Positions 60,218-64,000 of a DNA stretch of 64,000 bases are shown piece by piece (the stretch's first letter is position 1; each line of letters begins with the position of its first letter). The stretch comes from Dimorphilus gyrociliatus (lineage: Eukaryota; Animalia; Annelida). Location of the stretch: positions 873,230 through 937,229 of the forward strand of contig CAJFCJ010000028.1 in the NCBI GenBank assembly GCA_904063045.1, in the 5' to 3' direction. Below the pieces are notes generated by a model that worked only from the letters and a program-made list of their open reading frames with translations, did no database searches and was not told the DNA's origin. The translations under genes and the position numbers were made by a program.

Positions 60218-63200
60218 TTAACCTATCTTTTTACCCAACTCTCTTATATCTCTTTTGAGTTCAGTTTGAAATAAAAAATCCGATTTTCTACTGGATTCAA
60301 CCCTATCATATAAAGCTTGAATACTATCTCTATTTTCCTTTTGATTTTGATTTATAATTAATTCTAATTGAGCTAATCTATCTTTAATACTTTCAAATTC
60401 ATTTTTAGTTACAATTTCAGTTTTTCTATAATCTGAAGAGATTTTTTCAAAAGTTTCCAAACTCTTTTTGTCTGTACAATTATCATTTCCTTCTCCTTGG
60501 TCTCTTTGAACAATTGATTTTAATCCGTAAAGAAACAAACGACTTCGCCGTGACTCTGATTTGAAATCATAACATTCGACCGCCCAACATGTAAAAAGAT
60601 AAACTGCAGGAATGCCTACTTTCCCATATCTTTCAGTATCCGGATTTAATGTCATTGTTGTAGCTTGATTAATAAAGGGTAATTTCTCTTCTTGCTGTTC
60701 GATTGAGCTATAGGAACCCCTACTCTTGGAATCAGAACTGCCAAATCTTCTTCGTCGGCTAGGAATACAAGAACAAAGTGCCACAAAAGAAATAGCTTGC
60801 CATAAACGGTAAATTTTGTCTCTAACAAATGATAGAATGTTTACTAGTAGACGCCTTTTATCATAAATATTCAGATCTAATGATAATTCGATTCTTAAGC
60901 GTTGAACTTCTAGATGAGCCTTTTCCCTGAGTTTGTTAACATCATCTACCGCCAGAGCAGTTAGTAAATTCATGACAATAATCGGCATTACAATCAAAAA
61001 TATTACAAAAATAACATTTGTTGCACGCGGAAAATTAACAAGATGCTCCTTTCCTAAGTCATATTTATATGCAAAAAACATATCTGTGTAATCGAATTCA
61101 CCAAACATCATTACAGTTGTCTTTATAAAAGATTTTGGAAGTGATGCAAAAAAGTACTGTAAAATTAAAAAAAGAGATAGTAAACATTGGCATACTGATT
61201 AAACAAGTTCAACTAATATTTACCTGATTTTTGAGCAAACAATAAAAACTAAATCCAAAAGCCATGATAAAAAGGAAAAATACAAGAAAGAATTGAGAAA
61301 ATGTCTTTAAAATCGTTGTAACCATAGATACATATATACCAAATACAGGGAATCGTCTTAATTCAAGAATAAGATTTATCCAAATGCTTAAAAGAGAAAC
61401 TGATCCAAGTTCCCATTGCCAAGTTGTCATCTTAACAAAAAGAGTTTATTGTGATATTAACGCTGTTTTTATTTTCGGTATATTAATAAACTTTACTCTG
61501 TTTTCATAGCATTGACGATCAAAATTGAATAGAATGATCAAAGGACTTAAATAAGTAAACCAATCAAGATAATTTTTTATCTCTGTAAAATATCTCCATT
61601 TGAGAATAGCTATCTGCTTTAACTTCAAAGCGAAAAAGATGAGAAAAAGAAACATTTTAAATTACTTATAATATACTGTATAAGTACATACTTCTAAGAA
61701 AATTCCAAGCAATATCAATAGATATAGAAAAATCATAATTACAAGAAATGATTTGCTTGAATCGCATACCTTTAATTGTCCAATAAACGTATCATTCTCC
61801 TTGTCATCTTTAGATCTTTTTTTTAAAAAAAAAACTAGCCATTTATTCAATATTCAATAAATTAAACTTTAATTTACTCTAATAGTGGTGTACTTGAATC
61901 TATTAATAATGTCGTAAAAAGCGAAACATATAGAGCGTAAAAGGCTAAATAGAAGAGAAAGTAAATGAAAGAATATTGCCAAGTATAATCCAAATATTTC
62001 TCAGTAACTTTATGTCTCATAAGACTTCCCCTTTCATTTTCAACCTATATATATATTTAATATAATATATTTTTATTAATATATGCAGTATATAGTATAT
62101 ACTAATATTTTAAAACATACCATTAATTGTAGAGGATGCTCTAATCGTCTTGTTGTATTTCCCATTAATCCTTTATCGTAGAATGAATCTGCTACAAATT
62201 CGAAATTGTACATTTCGTGATGACGATCATTTTCGCACTTGCAAGGTTTGTTATATTCTGGTTCGCTGTTATATTTATATCGATAACCAACTAAATGAAC
62301 TGAAATATTCTTCTCTTTCATTGATCTTTGATAAACAAATTTGATTTTCTTGGTTGGTTCTGTAAATCCGTCCCTCTCGTCAAAGTCTTTATATAAAAGT
62401 GTTTCTGTTAGTTTGCTATCTTTGGGAGTAGGCTTAATGATACATTTATCCAAAGCAATTAGTGCCATATCTAAATAAAAAGAAGACGTTAAGCTTTTAT
62501 TACTTTATTTTAAATGAAATAAATATTTACCTGGCATTTTTTTAATTAACTTCTTAAATGGACTATCAACGTATTTCTTACTAAAGCAACAATGATATAT
62601 CTTTTCCTTTTGATAACAATGTCTTAGTAGATTTGACCATTTATCAGACTCTAACAATATTCTCACTTGTTCCCTATGAGAGAGAGAGAGAGAGAGAGAA
62701 AGAGAGGTAAATTGTAAGTCTCAATTTGAAGAAGTAAACAGTCAAAATAAAGAATTTATTACGTCATTCCATAATCTATTGCATAATCGAGCACATTTCT
62801 TTTATCACTTTCGCTAAGTACACCGTAAGGATGAATATCATACTTTAGTAGAGTTTGCAATATTTGTAAGTTTCCCCTAGTAATTGCTTCGTACACAGCT
62901 TTTGTACCCCATCCTTGCTGTTGGAAAAATCTATATTGGTCATAAACCTATGGAAATGCTATTCTTACACTTTCAACTTTATTGAACAGAGTCCTCATTT
63001 CCACGTCTAAGAAGGATCAACAAAAAAGAAAACGTTCATTATACTTTATGCTTATCGTAAAATGTTTCATTGAGTAAGTGAAAACGACTTACGTAGATTA
63101 TTCTCCCAAGTAATACCGACATTTGGTGAAAACTTCATTTGAGTTGATTTTAGAGAGAATATCATTTCAAGAAGATAATCTAGTACATCATTATTTCCTT

Positions 63201-63951
63201 TTATAATTGCTAAATCCATTGGTAAAATATTCTTTTTATTCGATTTTAATAGAAGTGAGCATTTTTCTCTTGTCTTTTCTTTAAGATTCTCAAATAATTC
63301 TTTACAAACGCTTGAAAAGGGTTTTAGAAGACGGATTAATGAATTTACTCTCTTCTTTTACAAATTTAACTCACTCAACATTATTATACTTTACGGCTAA
63401 AAATAATGGACTTTCCCCTTTTCGGTTTTCTGTCATAAAACTTGCGTTGTATTGTAGTAAAAGCTAAATATAAAGTAAGATAATGTGAATTAAACAATTT
63501 GTTAATTTAGATATCTTACTCTTATAAATAGACGATTGTTCTCTTTAGCTGCCAGATGAATTGGAGTATTTTGATCATTGTCTCCATAGTTGATAACTTC
63601 TTCAAAATTTTCAATACTTTCAAATGTTTCTTTTGATACTAAAAGCTGATGTTTGAGGTTTTTTTAGTTTTAATTTCTTCAACAACGGAGACAATTGAAA
63701 AAGAACCTTTAATATTTCTATTGAATGATTCGATACAGCTTTAGAAATCATCCTTGACTCTGGGAACTTTTTAAAATCATTTAGATAAATTGGTAATATC
63801 TTCTCTAATATTTTATGCTGCTTATATACAACACAATAATAGATTGGACTTTTATATCCATATAAATCTGATATATTTGTTTTTATATAGTTTTCTTTCT
63901 TATAGATATAATCATCTTTTCGAAAGATTTCTCTCATTAATTTATCAAAGG
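60218..63951 (-). CDS. TRPA-like channel, copy C (5' part outside window)
   Basis: Last exon 61156-60218; pore MMFGEFDY. Upstream exons are homologous to A and B through an exon starting near 63951 ([12 protein letters not shown]); the gene continues past 64000. Confidence 0.88.
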
Positions 63952-64000
63952 CCTCTTTCCTAATTTAAAAATAAAATAAACTATTTATTGAAAAAGCTTT

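Noticed and set aside
48518-63951. Apparent stops/frameshifts suggesting TRPA pseudogenes
   Set aside because: Each apparent stop falls inside a short GT-AG intron at a position and phase shared among the copies.

Overview
Eukaryotic (animal, probably invertebrate) AT-rich genomic DNA with many ~50-90 nt GT-AG introns; the species cannot be determined from the sequence alone. Four blocks are present. (1) 1.9-9.3 kb: five single-exon class A GPCRs, comprising four + strand paralogs that share an N-terminal N-x-S-(x)-C-x-x-C motif and one divergent - strand receptor. (2) 13.2-46.2 kb: two head-to-tail AMPA-type ionotropic glutamate receptor genes, whose exons I reconstructed by hand with phase-consistent junctions. 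(3) An intron-containing tRNA-Tyr(GTA). (4) 48.5-64 kb: three tandem ankyrin-repeat TRPA-like channel genes on the - strand, the third truncated by the window end. The top finding is in iGluR gene 2: two tandem homologous phase-0 exons (5a, 5b) encode alternative versions of the first S1 segment of the ligand-binding domain. Two complementary GC-rich intronic islands bracket exon 5a, suggesting an RNA-structure-controlled mutually exclusive splicing switch at a site distinct from vertebrate flip/flop. Also notable are 13 exact non-coding TATA-CAG/CTG-TATA words resembling Tc1/mariner excision footprints, and a conserved CxC..HH insertion in the TRPA linker region that in human TRPA1 senses electrophiles. 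All coordinates were counted by eye and should be verified computationally.
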